A stretch of DNA of 64,000 nucleotides from Octopus bimaculoides (lineage: Eukaryota), in NCBI RefSeq assembly GCF_001194135.2, contig NC_068991.1, positions 2,727,642 to 2,791,641 of the forward strand, given 5' to 3'. The stretch's first letter is position 1. Every line of letters starts with the position of its first letter. The position numbers and the translations under genes were made by a program. The notes under the pieces are model-generated. The model searched no databases, had not been told where the DNA came from, and saw only the letters and a program-made list of their open reading frames with translations. This document shows, piece after piece, positions 1 to 12,893 of the stretch.

Positions 1-33
<33 letters not shown>

Positions 34-36
34 TAC

Positions 37-80
<44 letters not shown>

Positions 81-98
81 CATATATTATTTACTATT

Positions 99-165
<67 letters not shown>

Positions 166-1103
166 CATGTGCATGTCTATGTTTCTCCTTCACTGCTTTA
201 CATCCGGTGTTGGTGTGCTTACATCCCTATAACCTAGCAGTTCAGTAAATGAGGCTGATAAAATAAGCACCATCCTTAATAAAACAAAAAAAGATACGTA
301 GTAGGGTTGATTCATTCAACTAAAAAAAAATCACTCAGGGCGGTGCCCCAGCATGGCCACAGTCTAATGATTGAAACAAGCAAAATATAAAAGAATTCAG
401 GTGAATTTGATCTTTTATGTATTATTCCATTAAAATTAATAGCATACTTATAAAAAAATGCTTCGTTTATTTTGTGAGATATCATTACTGGGGTTAAATT
501 GTTATTTATGAGAAAGTTTGACACTGTGACATTTCATGTCTTCATGCAGGGACAGGCTTTTGGTCTTGTGTTTAACCCATTTGTTACTAAATTTCTGCTG
601 AGATGCTTTGTGTTTCTTTCAATTAATTGTAAGCATAACAAAGATGCAGGTGTAGCTGTGTGGTAAGAAGCTTGCTTCCCAACCACATGGATCTGGGTTC
701 AGTTCCACTGCGTAGCACCTTAGGCAAGTGTCTTCTACTATAGACTCAGGTCGACCAAAGCCAGTGAGTGGAGTGGATTTGGTAGCGGAAAACTGAAAGA
801 AGCCCATCGTATATATATATACACATATATATTATATGTATGTATGTTTGTGTGTCTGTGTTTGTCTCCCCAACATCTCTGTTTGGGGACTTTATACATG
901 GAACCAGTACAGGTTCTTCTTGTGCCACCATACAGGGGTTTCATGAGATTGGCAGACATGAATTAGGGTATATCTTTTGGACATGTACAACATGTGTATG
1001 TGTGTGTATGTATGTATTCATATATATGTATGTGTGCATAGGCATGCATGTATTTATGTATGTTTGTATACATTTCAGTATGTGGATGTGGTTTTATTTG
1101 CAG

Positions 1104-1220
1104 AGTGATGATAGGAGCCCTTTTTCAAGAAACCTGCAGATGATAAGAAGGAAGAAAAATCGGTTAGCAGCGCAGAAATGTCGAGAGAAGAAGAAAGAAC
1201 GGATCCGAATTTTGGAAGAG
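1104..1220 (+). CDS. bZIP transcription factor (Fos/ATF3/BATF-type), basic-region exon
   Basis: ttgcag| acceptor and GAG|gtgagg donor, 117 nt. Encodes SDDRSPFSRNLQMIRRKKNRLAAQKCREKKKERIRILEE with the NxxAAxxCR basic motif. The intron falls at KCR+12 aa, as in the c-Fos LQA|ET junction. Upstream exon(s) lie outside the window. Confidence 0.88.
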
Positions 1221-1528
1221 GTGAGGCTTTAAGGATTAGATATTGTGTGTGTGTGTGTGTGTGTGTGTGTGAGAGTGAGAGAGAGAGGGAGAGAGAGAGA
1301 AAGAAAGAAAACAAGAAGAGGGGGGTGAGGTATGATGATAGTGTAGGTGTAATAATGTGTGTTCATGAGTTGTTGACTCCAATTTTTTTCACTTCTCTAT
1401 TCACACACAAGAGAGGTCCAAATGCAAACCTGGATGTACGTATAATACTACTCCTGGATAGCAAAGGGTGAGATCTGAAGGTGGACGAGCTTAATACTAT
1501 ACTCTACTGTTCTTCACAGAATATACCA

Positions 1529-1581
<53 letters not shown>

Positions 1582-1624
1582 GCCATGAAAAAATGAACCT
1601 CCACCAACCATTCTGTCTATATAT

Positions 1625-1915
1625 CTGTGCACATCTTTCAATGCCGTGTATACCCTAAGGTCTGCAAATCTAACGGAGGCCTCAAAAGACATTTTAATGA
1701 TCCACAAAGACCAGAACATAACTGCAGCTCTCGGTGGTCCAAATTGGAGGATATGTGGAAAGGTGAGGTGTTCAGTTGGAGGATTAAAAACACATGCCAA
1801 AAGACTTCATGCTGTGGCAGTGGTTCCTTCTGCCAGCCAGTACAGATGTGCATTATACAATAGAATGTGCCAGTCTTTGGCAAGGCTCAAGAGTCATACA
1901 GGGGCCTCGCATTTC
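1625..1915 (+). pseudogene. Decayed array of three C2H2 zinc-finger-like repeats (LINE 3' end or ZNF relic) in the bZIP intron
   Basis: Frameshifted FQCRVYPKVCKSNGGLKRH, WRICGKVRCSVGGLKTHAKRLH and YRCALYNRMCQSLARLKSH; several Cys/His ligands are lost. Confidence 0.55.
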
Positions 1916-1980
1916 ATCACCAATGACTCATTTCAAGGATCCTTTCTAGGGATGACTTAGCTTGTATACAAGAAAGCAGC

Positions 1981-2040
<60 letters not shown>

Positions 2041-2089
2041 TATTATTATTATGTTAAAATTTACATTTGTTTATTTTATTTTCTTACAG

Positions 2090-2392
2090 GAAATCAAGTC
2101 ACTAATTAAAGAAAATTATAGTTTAAAACAGGCAAATTATGAATTAGGGGAAAAATTGTCTGAACAACAAAAGAAACTGGAGGAAGCCCAATGCTTTATC
2201 CGTTCTACAGATCGGAGCCATCATTTAGAAAATACATATCAACTCTTCCACAATAAACAGCAGCAGATCTTAGCAGCGCCAAATATCCTCAACAAGAATA
2301 CAATAACGGATAATGTTTCTTTTGGACATCATAGGCATCATAATTCTATGGCACCTAATAATTTGTTGGCAAATTTCATAGATTGTATATAA
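2090..2392 (+). CDS. bZIP factor terminal exon (leucine zipper and short tail)
   Basis: ttcttacag| acceptor, phase 0. EIKSLIKENYSLKQANYELGEKL continues the L-x6-L heptads. TAA at 2390-2392 overlaps AATAAA (2392-2397). Confidence 0.88.
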   Translation, partial: EIKSLIKENYSLKQANYELGEKLSEQQKKLEEAQCFIRSTDRSHHLENTYQLFHNKQQQILAAPNILNKNTITDNVSFGHHRHHNSMAPNNLLANFIDCI

Positions 2393-2458
2393 ATAAATAA
2401 ATATACAATCAAACAAACCAAAAATGGAACATGAATTTAGAGAATAAAACAAGGAATG

Positions 2459-2490
<32 letters not shown>

Positions 2491-3496
2491 GTGGAAAAAA
2501 GATTAGAGATCTATACAAATCAAATATTTATATATAAAAGATGGAGGTGGAAATAGCACAGAAGTAAATTTAACACTTTTCGATTTCAGAAGGAATTTAA
2601 TAAAAAATGATTTTGAAAATTATATAAAGAAAATATTGCCGGTTTCGATGATGAATCTCATCTTATCAAATATCAGTAAAAATTGACAAAAATTTGAAGT
2701 AAAACCAGTTTGTCTTTTGTCTGGGGGTCAAATTTCTTTCGGAGATCACAGGTATCAGAATTCTATGGCACCCAATAATTTTCTGGCAAATGTTAGAGAG
2801 CACACGCACACACACATATATATAAACAAATACACACATTTACAGAAACATACATATACACACAAACACACATAAAGAAAGTCTAATAATACTCTTTATG
2901 TATGTACGGGTCTCTAAGCAGGCTATCTATATATATATATTATATATACATATATAGGTACGGTTATGTCCATTTTGGGACTAGGGGTTGACATATATGC
3001 ACACCCAGAACTAACAGACTAACATCAATCCCTGGGAAACAACTCTTCCTCCCAGAAAAAAAAAAAAAAAGAAAAAATCCGTTTTAATTCTTCACTGCTT
3101 TGTTCCATTTCATTTCATCAAATACACTGACAGCCATGTCACCCCAAGATTCTATATACCTGCATACCTCCAGCATAAAAGTGACTATGCACTCCAGATC
3201 AGCGTGTCTGAAGAGTTGTCCATCTTGACCTTCGAGAATAATTGGCACGAAACCAGACACTCACATTCTGACCAGCTGTATGCCATAACCAAATAATATA
3301 CTGCTTGACTATGAACTATATGTACGTATGTATATATGTGAGTGTGTGTATGTATATATATGCGTGTACGTGTGTGTGTGTGTGTGTATGGAGTTTGTGC
3401 TCCAGCAGAGCCATAGTACAATCAGTGAGTACAATCATTAAAATGATAAAAGATATATGTATGTACAAACAATGCAATACTCTCTCTCTTTCTCTC

Positions 3497-3539
<43 letters not shown>

Positions 3540-4428
3540 ATGCTACTGAAATAATGAAAGATGTGTGTGAATAAATAACCCAAATTAATATTTTTTTTAC
3601 ACAATTCATTTGAAAATGTAAAAGTTTTTATTTCTCTGTAAGCGATATTATATTTTTATATGAAAAGACCCACAGTTTCTTTTTGTCGGAATAAATTAAT
3701 AATAAATTAATTATAACAATCATACAAACGTTTCTGATTTTTTTTTATTTGGAATATAGCCTGTAATTTTGAACGGGGGTCATTTAGCTGCTTTCATCTG
3801 ACCTCAGAATTTGACTTGGTAGTCCATTCATTTGAATCCAGAAGGACAAAATACATTGTCGACTTTGGCAGCATTTGAACTCAGAGCATACAGGGTTGAA
3901 AGAAGAAATATCGCCAAGCATTTCTCCAACATCTTCATGATTCTACCGGATCACTGTCTTCTTAATAGTAATCCTTTCTACTGTAGTCTCAAGGCCTTAC
4001 ACTATGAAGGCGGGGTTAGTTGATCACATCAACCCCAGTGCTTAACTGGTACTTATTTCATTGACTCTGTGTTTAACCCTTTTGATACCAACCTACCTGA
4101 AACCACCTCTGATGTATAGTTTCTTTTTTGACCCAGGAAGGGGAAAAGACAAAATTGGTTTTAGCAGAATTTGAAATCAGGACAGACAGAAAAAGAAAAA
4201 AAAAAAAAATCATTTTAACACAGGCAAAAAGACATACATTTTGAAGAAGACAACAATTACCAAAATCGACACAGTACTGATCTGGTTCTTTGTTTCTTTT
4301 TATTATTATCAACACAGGAAGAATGGAAGGCCAAGTTGACCTGGGTGAGAATTGAACACAAACCATAATTTAAATACTAACAAGTGTTTCGTTCGCAGCA
4401 CAGCCAGTTCTCCCTTTGCATAATAGTC

Positions 4429-4483
<55 letters not shown>

Positions 4484-4718
4484 TAATAATAATTGTTCCA
4501 AATTTTGGCTCAAGGCCAGCAATTTTATGGAAGATGTAAATCAATTACAATGACCCCCAGTATTTGACTGGTACATCATTTTTGACCCTGAATGGATGAA
4601 AGGCAAAGTCAGCCTCGGTGGAATTTGAACTCAGAACATTAAGAGCCAGAGGAATTGCCAATATGCAATTTGTCCGACACACTACGAATTCTGCCAACAC
4701 ACTGCCTTTATTATTATC

Positions 4719-4762
<44 letters not shown>

Positions 4763-5236
4763 TATTCTTATTAATGTTATTAATAATAATAATAATACTA
4801 AGGAATGAGTGATGAACACATTAAATATTGGAGCTGAGTACTTGTTCAACTCAAAAGAAATATTTACATTGTGTTACCAAGGTTACAAAGGAGGAAATTT
4901 CAGGGTGGGGGTGGGGGAGATGTGTGTGCTTAATGTCTTATAAATAATGATGATGATAATTATGGTGAAGGTGATGGTAGTGGTAGCAATGATTCTGGGA
5001 AGTTGGCGGTGATGATGGATGTGCTGGGAATTATAATAAAGGTGATGATGGAGGGGTGGGGGTGAGGAGAAGGAACAGGAAAGTGGAGTGGGGTGAAAAG
5101 GAGGCAGGAAAGTAACAGAGGGAGGAGGAGGAGGTTTGAGAATGGGATGATCACACATGCAGCCCTAAGGGAAAAACCCAAAGTAGAATGGCAGAGCAGG
5201 GACCAGATGGTATGGGTTGGAGGTCAGTGATTACAG

Positions 5237-5294
5237 TTAAGGGTTAGGGATTAGGGATTAGGATTAAAGGCTTAGGTTTAGGGGTTAGGGGTTA
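5237..5294 (+). repeat. Degenerate TTAGGG-like interstitial repeat
   Basis: ttaagggttagggattagggattaggattaaaggcttaggtttaggggttaggggtta. Confidence 0.6.
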
Positions 5295-6043
5295 TGATTT
5301 TATCTGCCCTGCTTATGTCTTGCTGCCATATCTTCAGTGTGAGATATAAATATGCAAGTTCAGAGAGTCAGGGGTCAGACATTAGCTGTTTCATATGCCC
5401 AACCATTGCACTTCTTTATTATGATATAATACTGTTTTTAACGAAGGTTTATGAGCAGAAATTTTCTTAGAAGGGGACGGTCAGTTATATCAATGACCCC
5501 CAACTACCTGAGTGGTACTTTATGTTATCAGTTCCAGAAGGATGAAAAGCAGAGTGGATGTGAGTGGGATTTGAACTTAGTCTGTAATAGCGATTTCAAA
5601 GTTTTGGCAAAGGGCCAGCAACTTTTGAGGGGAGGAGGAAGTTGATTACACTGACCCCAGGACTGGACTGGTACTTCTTTCATCGAATTCAACAGGAGGA
5701 CATGTAAAGTTCACCGTTGGCAGAATTTGGATTTCGAATATAAAGACAAATTGAATCGCTGTGAAGAATTTTCTATGGCATGTTAACTATTCTGTCAGCT
5801 CACACCCTTTCAATAATAATAATAATAATAATCCTTTCTATTGTAGGCACAAGGCCTGAAATTTGGGGGAGGGGGATAGTCGGTGACATTGAGCCCAATG
5901 TGCAACTGGTACTTAATTTAACAACCCTGAAAGGGTGAAAGGCAAAGTCGACCTCGGCAGAATTTGAACTCAGAACATAGCGACGGGCGAAATACCGCTG
6001 AGCATTTCATCCAGCGTGCTAACGAGTCTGCCAGCTCGCTGCC

Positions 6044-6089
<46 letters not shown>

Positions 6090-6692
6090 TAATAATAATA
6101 ATAATAATAATAATAGTAGTAATAATAATANNNNNNNNNNNNNNNNNNNNNNNNNNNNNNNNNNNNNNNNNNNNNNNNNNNNNNNNNNNNNNNNNNNNNN
6201 NNNNNNNNNNNNNNNNNNNNNNNNNNNNNNNNNNNNNNNNNNNNNNNNNNNNNNNNNNNNNNNNNNNNNNNNNNNNNNNNNNNNNNNNNNNNNNNNNNNN
6301 NNNNNNNNNNNNNNNNNNNNNNNNNNNNNNNNNNNNNNNNNNNNNNNNNNNNNNNNNNNNNNNNNNNNNNNNNNNNNNNNNNNNNNNNNNNNNNNNNNNN
6401 NNNNNNNNNNNNNNNNNNNNNNNNNNNNNNNNNNNGTATTTTGGTGGGATTTGAAATCAGAACATGGAGCGTAACAAGCTATTCTGTTCATTCAGTCAAC
6501 CAATTCTGGCCATCCACTGCCCAAATAATTATTATATAATGATAATGATGATAATGAAATGATGATGATGGTGGTGGTGGTGGTGGCAGTGGTAATTAAT
6601 AAAAGATGTCTCTCTCTCTCTCTCCCATATAAAAGCAGGACTATGTCCATGAGAGAGTATTTCCCCCCCCCACATTTTTTAAAACTGATTTT

Positions 6693-6821
6693 TCAACAGA
6701 GGAGTTGGATAGCTCCGTTGTCAGCTCCCAGAAGTAACGTCCTGTTCAGTGGAAGAACTGCCATACTTGCTAAGACTCCTTTAAATGTATCTGGGTGGAG
6801 TTTCGTATTGCTGTAGCTGGC
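6693..6821 (-). CDS. WDR81: WDR81 exon 27 (terminal)
   Basis: tttccag|[45 protein letters not shown]. Confidence 0.94.
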   Translation of the reverse strand, partial: ASYSNTKLHPDTFKGVLASMAVLPLNRTLLLGADNGAIQLLC

Positions 6822-9800
6822 CTGGAAAGAGAAATATAATGTACAACATTATGCACGAGAAAATGTATGGCTGTGTACGTACATGCGAGCGCACGGGGTG
6901 GGGGTAGGCACAAGCAGGGCATACATACATTCTTTTCTACTAAGTACAAGACCTCAACCCCAGTACACAACTGGTACTTGATTTATCGACTCCAAAAGGA
7001 TGAAAGGCAAAGTCAACCTCGGCGGAATTTGAACTCAGAACATAAAGACAGACGAAACACTGCTAAGCATTTCTCCTGGCGTGCTAACGATTCTAACAGC
7101 TCACATGTTGGTGTGTGTGTATATATATATATATATATACTTGTCACATCTCTATTATCTTCTCTCTCTCTCTTCCACTGATGTAGCATGTTTCCCCTTT
7201 ATTGCAAAGCATCTATTTCTGTCTTTCTATTCATACTCTAACCTCTCATCACTTGGCACAAAGCCACCTCCCTCAAGGCTACCCCCTCTCTCAGTTCAGC
7301 GGGGTCTTTGTCTGGCAAGTTATTTGGTGACCTCACTGGTGCTGGTGCTGCACAAGGAACACTTAATAAACTCTGTAAAGTGAGAAAGGCATCCAACTAC
7401 AAAAACCATACCAAATCAGCCAGCAGACCTTGGCACAGTGTTGTGATTAGCCCTCTCCTTTCAAACTGTTCAACCCATGCTAGCATGGAAAATAAGTATT
7501 AAATGATGATCACACACACATATCATCATCATCCTTTAGTACCCATTTTCCATGCTGGTGTAATCTGGATAGTTTGACAGGAACTGGCAAGTCAAAAGAC
7601 TGTACCAAGCTTCACTGTCTACTTGGGCAAGGTTTTTATGCCTAGATGCCCTTCCTAACACCAACCAATCTACAAAGTGGACTGGGTAATTTTGATGCCA
7701 CACCAGCACCAGTAAAGTCACCAAGTATCTTGCAAGACAAAGACCCCACCACCACCACCTCAACTAAGAGGGGGAGTAATATTATAATAAGGGTAGTCAG
7801 TCCATCATTCTGACATTCATTTTACCATGCTTGCATGGGTCAGATGGAATTCATTTTGGCAGATTTTCTCCAGCCAGATGTCATTCCTGTCACTAAGATT
7901 GAAAATGAATGACACAATTTATAGGATAGTCATACTTGCTTACAATTACGACATAATCTATACAATAAAACACACACACAAACACACATGCCATGCATCT
8001 TTTAGGTTCTTGTGAATTCTCATACTCACATGCCGATCAATGGAAGAGTGGACACCAATTTTATTGCCTGCTGTGGCAGAGATGATCTGATTACGGTACA
8101 AACCAATGCAGTGAACGGGTTCTGATGCACCTGGGAAAAAAAAACGAACACACATTAGTAACAAAACCTACATCGGACACATTGAGAGAGAGAGAGAGAG
8201 CTGAGCAAATTGGGTGGACCACTGTGTGGTCACTTGGGGTTGTTAGAAATAGCAACTAAATCTTACTCAACTCCACAACTGAATGCAGCCAGTCATCACT
8301 CACGGGTCACGAGTAAACATCACTCGATAGCTACAACCATGCTTTTGCTGAATGTTTAAGGGTCCTTTATAGTTGCAAATAGACATAGACATTGTTTGGG
8401 TACCCTCAGATTTGACCCAGTGGTATAAGGAGGATGTTACAGCTGGAGGTGGGGGAGAAAGAGGGAGAGGGAGTAGAGAAGGGGAGAGAGAGTAGGGGGG
8501 AGTGGATAGGNNNNNNNNNNNNNNNNNNNAGTGGGTAGGGGGAGTGGATAGGGGGGGGAGTAGAGAGGGGGGGAGTAGAAAGGGGGAGAGGGAGTAGAGG
8601 GAGAGTAGGTGAGAAAGAGACAATGAGAGAGTGGGTGAGAGAGGCAGATGAGAAAGAGAGAGTGTGGATGAGAGAGAAAGGTAGGTGAAAGAGAGAGAGC
8701 TACTCCAGCATGGTACTCATTTACAGCTGAGTAGACTGAAGCAACAAGAAAAAGTGAAAGCGTCTTGCTCAAGGACACAATGTAATTCCCGGGCCAGGAA
8801 TTGAACCCACAAACTTATGAGAGATAGCCAGGACGCTGACCACCAGGCAACATGTTTTCATACCACACAATCTTAACCCCGCCCACGAAATTATTGGCCT
8901 TGTGCCAAAATTTGAAACCAATAAAAGAGAAGTTTATATTAATATTGAAGAAAGAGCGCCACCGTTCATATGACGGGTCACTTTTGGAAGCAGAACTTTT
9001 TTATGACCGTCGAGAGATATGTCAAGGGAGATAACTCTATATTTTGTATTTCATTTAAATATTTTAATGTGTTTCGCAGTCTCGCAATGTATCTAAATGT
9101 GCGTGAAGAACAGGACTTACCCTTGAACTGACAGATTTCCTTCAGGTCACTGGAGTTCCACAGCCGCATAGTTTGGTCAAAGGAGGATGTCACAAACGTG
9201 TGACGGTTGCATGCTTTGATCTGTGAAGAAACAATAACAGTTTTGAAGAGGATTGTGGTAGCATGGTAGATGTGGTGGTGTGGTGGTCGTCGATACGATG
9301 ATTATAATGGTGTTGGTGATTTATATATATATATATAAATCACCAACACCATTATAATCATCGTATCGACGACCACCACACCACCACATCTACCATGTTA
9401 AAGGAGAGAAGAGATGAGATGTGATTGTGTGATGTTCATGTCTTCCCTAATCACCTGAGTGGCATAAAGAGAGACTGTGAACCACGTGTTGCTCACCAGA
9501 AAAGAGAAAAATAAGGAAAAAAATAAGGTGGCAGTGATGGTTATGGTGAATCACCAGCAATATGATGGCCAAAATGTTTTTTTATCTTAGGTTTGTTTCT
9601 TGACCAAATCAGACACAGAGTTTAAACAATAATAATAATCCTTTCTACTATAGGCACAAAGCCTGAAATTTGGGGAAGGGATTAAGTCGATTAGATCGAC
9701 CCCAATACTCAACTGGTACTTAATTTATCGACCCCGAAAGGACGAAAGCTGAAATCGACCTCGGTGGAATTTGAACTTAGAACGTAGCGAAAGGCGAAAT

Positions 9801-12304
9801 ACTGCTAAGCATTTCGTCCAACGTGCTCACGATTCTGCTAGCTTGCTGCCTTAAGTTAAACAATAATGATGATGATGATGATGATGATGACCAAAATATG
9901 AGAAACAACCTAAACACTGGCAACCAAGCAAAATATCTTACCTGCAATATATCAGTGTCATGAGCCTTTCGCTGACCAAGAAGTGTACCAGCCCTGATAT
10001 CAAGAACTGAGACAATCCCAGAAGAGAAGGCCACAGCAACCCAATTGCTGTCTGGGCTGACAGTTACTGATCTGATCACACCTGAAACAAAGAAGAAATC
10101 AGAGTTTCAACTTGATGCATTGCTATGAGAATATATATGTGGGCAAGTCTGTGTGTTGTGGGTGCCAACATAACATGGCAGTCCTGGTTTTGGACGAATG
10201 TTGCTGTAATTTAGCTAAACCAGGACTGCCATGTTATGCTGGCAAATAATCTTTACTCCAAAGTACTGTTGCTGAATATCTCTCGTTGTGAGATTTAAAA
10301 ATAGTAATTTTCTAATTTAAGGTGCCCCATCATGATTTGAAGTTTACTGTAAGAAACCATTCTAATTATGAATAAATTAATTGATAAAACATTCAACACA
10401 AATTAATGTTAGCAGCAGTTTGAGACAGAAATGAGAAATGGGTCCACTGACAAAAATGTCTGAAGGACAGACTTTTTTCTCATTGCTTATAAGGTCTTAT
10501 TTCACTTTGAATATATTTGTAATTACATGTGCTTGTGCATGTGCATGTGCATTCTTGCACATGTATGTGTGTGTGTGAGAGCATAAAGCAGAGACTGTTA
10601 AATTACGTTGCTCCACTCATCATTCCATTCCATCTGCTACTGGTGGAGTGGGTCCTGTCACTGTTAACTTTTTTGCTATCATACTTCAGGTAAATGACAT
10701 TACCTTTCTTTCAAGCAATTTTGAAGACAATGAAGGATTTGATAAAACAACCTTACCATTACTAAAATGATGTTTGAAACAAAAATTAACATTGAACTTT
10801 AATGAGAAGTTATAGTTTCGATCAGATGAAACAGGACGTTTGGGTTACTGAAACAGGGTCAGTCTCAGGTGAAAATAACGATTATTATCTCTATTTTTTT
10901 ACATAGAGCAAATAACAAATGAAAGTCTTTTATAATTACCAGCTGACACAGGAGAGCATCTATATTCATGAGCATAGCTACCTGTACGCAGGTCCAAAAA
11001 CCTTCAAAGAAATGAAAATAAATTAGATACCGTTTCTTCTTTACAGAAATTTACTCTTTTTCATAAGATACTATTATGATTATTATAAATAAAGAAAGAA
11101 ATCATTATTATTATTATTATTATTATTATCTGGCAAAAGGCAACAAGGTGACAAAATGCTTAGCAGCATTTTCTTGAGCTTTACGTTCCTAGTTCAAATC
11201 CAGCTGAAATTGACTCTGCTTCTCATATTTTCAGTGAAATAAGATTCAATTGACCACTGCGGCCAATGTAATTAATAAGGTCCCTTCCTCCAAAATTTCA
11301 GGATTTGTAGCAGAAAGGGTTTCATTGCAATTCTACCAGTATTACTAGATGTCCATTTGCATCAACTTCGTTTGTCCGGCACCTTTTCTGTAGTCTTTGC
11401 TGTGCCAAGCTAAAAGACTTTCCTATAGAATCAGGGAATTCTTCTCCATATCTGACATCCTCAACAAATCGTTCAAACTTTGAGCAAATGGTTCTAAAGC
11501 TCCGATTACAACTGTGGTGATGGTATTAAAATTTGGTACAAGAGGAGGGGCAGGGCTTGTCAGCTGCATTGACCCTCAGTATACATCTGCTACTTATATT
11601 ATCAACTTTGAAAGGATGAAAGGCAAAGACAATCTCAGCAGGATTTGAACTCAGAACATGAAGAGTTGGAAGAAATACTTTCTGGGCATTTTGTCTGACT
11701 TGCTAATGATTTAGCCAGATTGCCCCCTTCAAAATAAAGATGACTTCATGACAATAATAATCTTTCTTACTAAAGGCACAAGGCCTGAAATTTGGGGGGA
11801 GGGGGTAAGTCGATTACATCAACCCCAGTGTTTCATTGGTACTCAATTTATTGACCCCGAAAGGATGAAAGGCAAAGTCGACCTCGGCGGAATTTGAACT
11901 CAGAACTCTTTACGATCCAGGTTCAAATTCCACTGAGGTTGCCTTTGCCTTTCATTCCTTCGAGGTCAATAAAGTTGAGCACTGAGGTTGATGTAAACAA
12001 CTTGTCCTCTCCCCCCAGAAATTGCTGGCCTTGTTCCAAAACTTGAAGCCAGTATTATCCCACTTTCTCTCCTTTCCACACACACACATAGCGTTTATAC
12101 ATACACAAAATATACAACCTGAGAGTGGAATCATTAGTCGCAGTAATCATCATAGAACTTGGTGCTGGAATTGGTGCCAGGGCAATCACAGGACTGTTCT
12201 TTGATGATTCCAACTGACGGACACAGTCTCCTCGAAATGGATCCCATATCTACAATGAGACAAACAAATTGCAAACATGTGGTATACATATACATATATA
12301 TATA

Positions 12305-12349
<45 letters not shown>

Positions 12350-12848
12350 CAAATATTCTATAATTATAAACATAATTATAATCAGGGGTCAGCTAATTGC
12401 TTCACCATGCACCAAATTTAGAAATAGGAGTTAAAATGGCTTTTCTACTACCATAAAGAATCATGTGGCTGGGAAGGAAACTTCTTACCATACAGCCACT
12501 TGTGTCTACACACACACACACACAGACAGACTAGGTGTGTTGGTCTAGTTTCCAAACCAGGACTTCTTATTTCCTATCAGAAAATTTGTGATGAGCAGCC
12601 TGATAGATCAAAAAGATTGATGACATCAGCAAAAAGCTGGCCACTGAAGTTTGAGTGATGCACATCAAATAGATTGATGATGTCAGCAATGAGTTGACCA
12701 ATGAAGCTTATAGAAGTTCATAGAGGGCCACCAATAACAGATAACATGTATATGTATACCCACACACAGGCAAGTGTGTTTACGTTTGTTTGTGTCTGAA
12801 GGAAATGGGGTAAATATGTATTCAAGTTTAAGTTAGGGTTGGGAAAGC

Positions 12849-12893
<45 letters not shown>

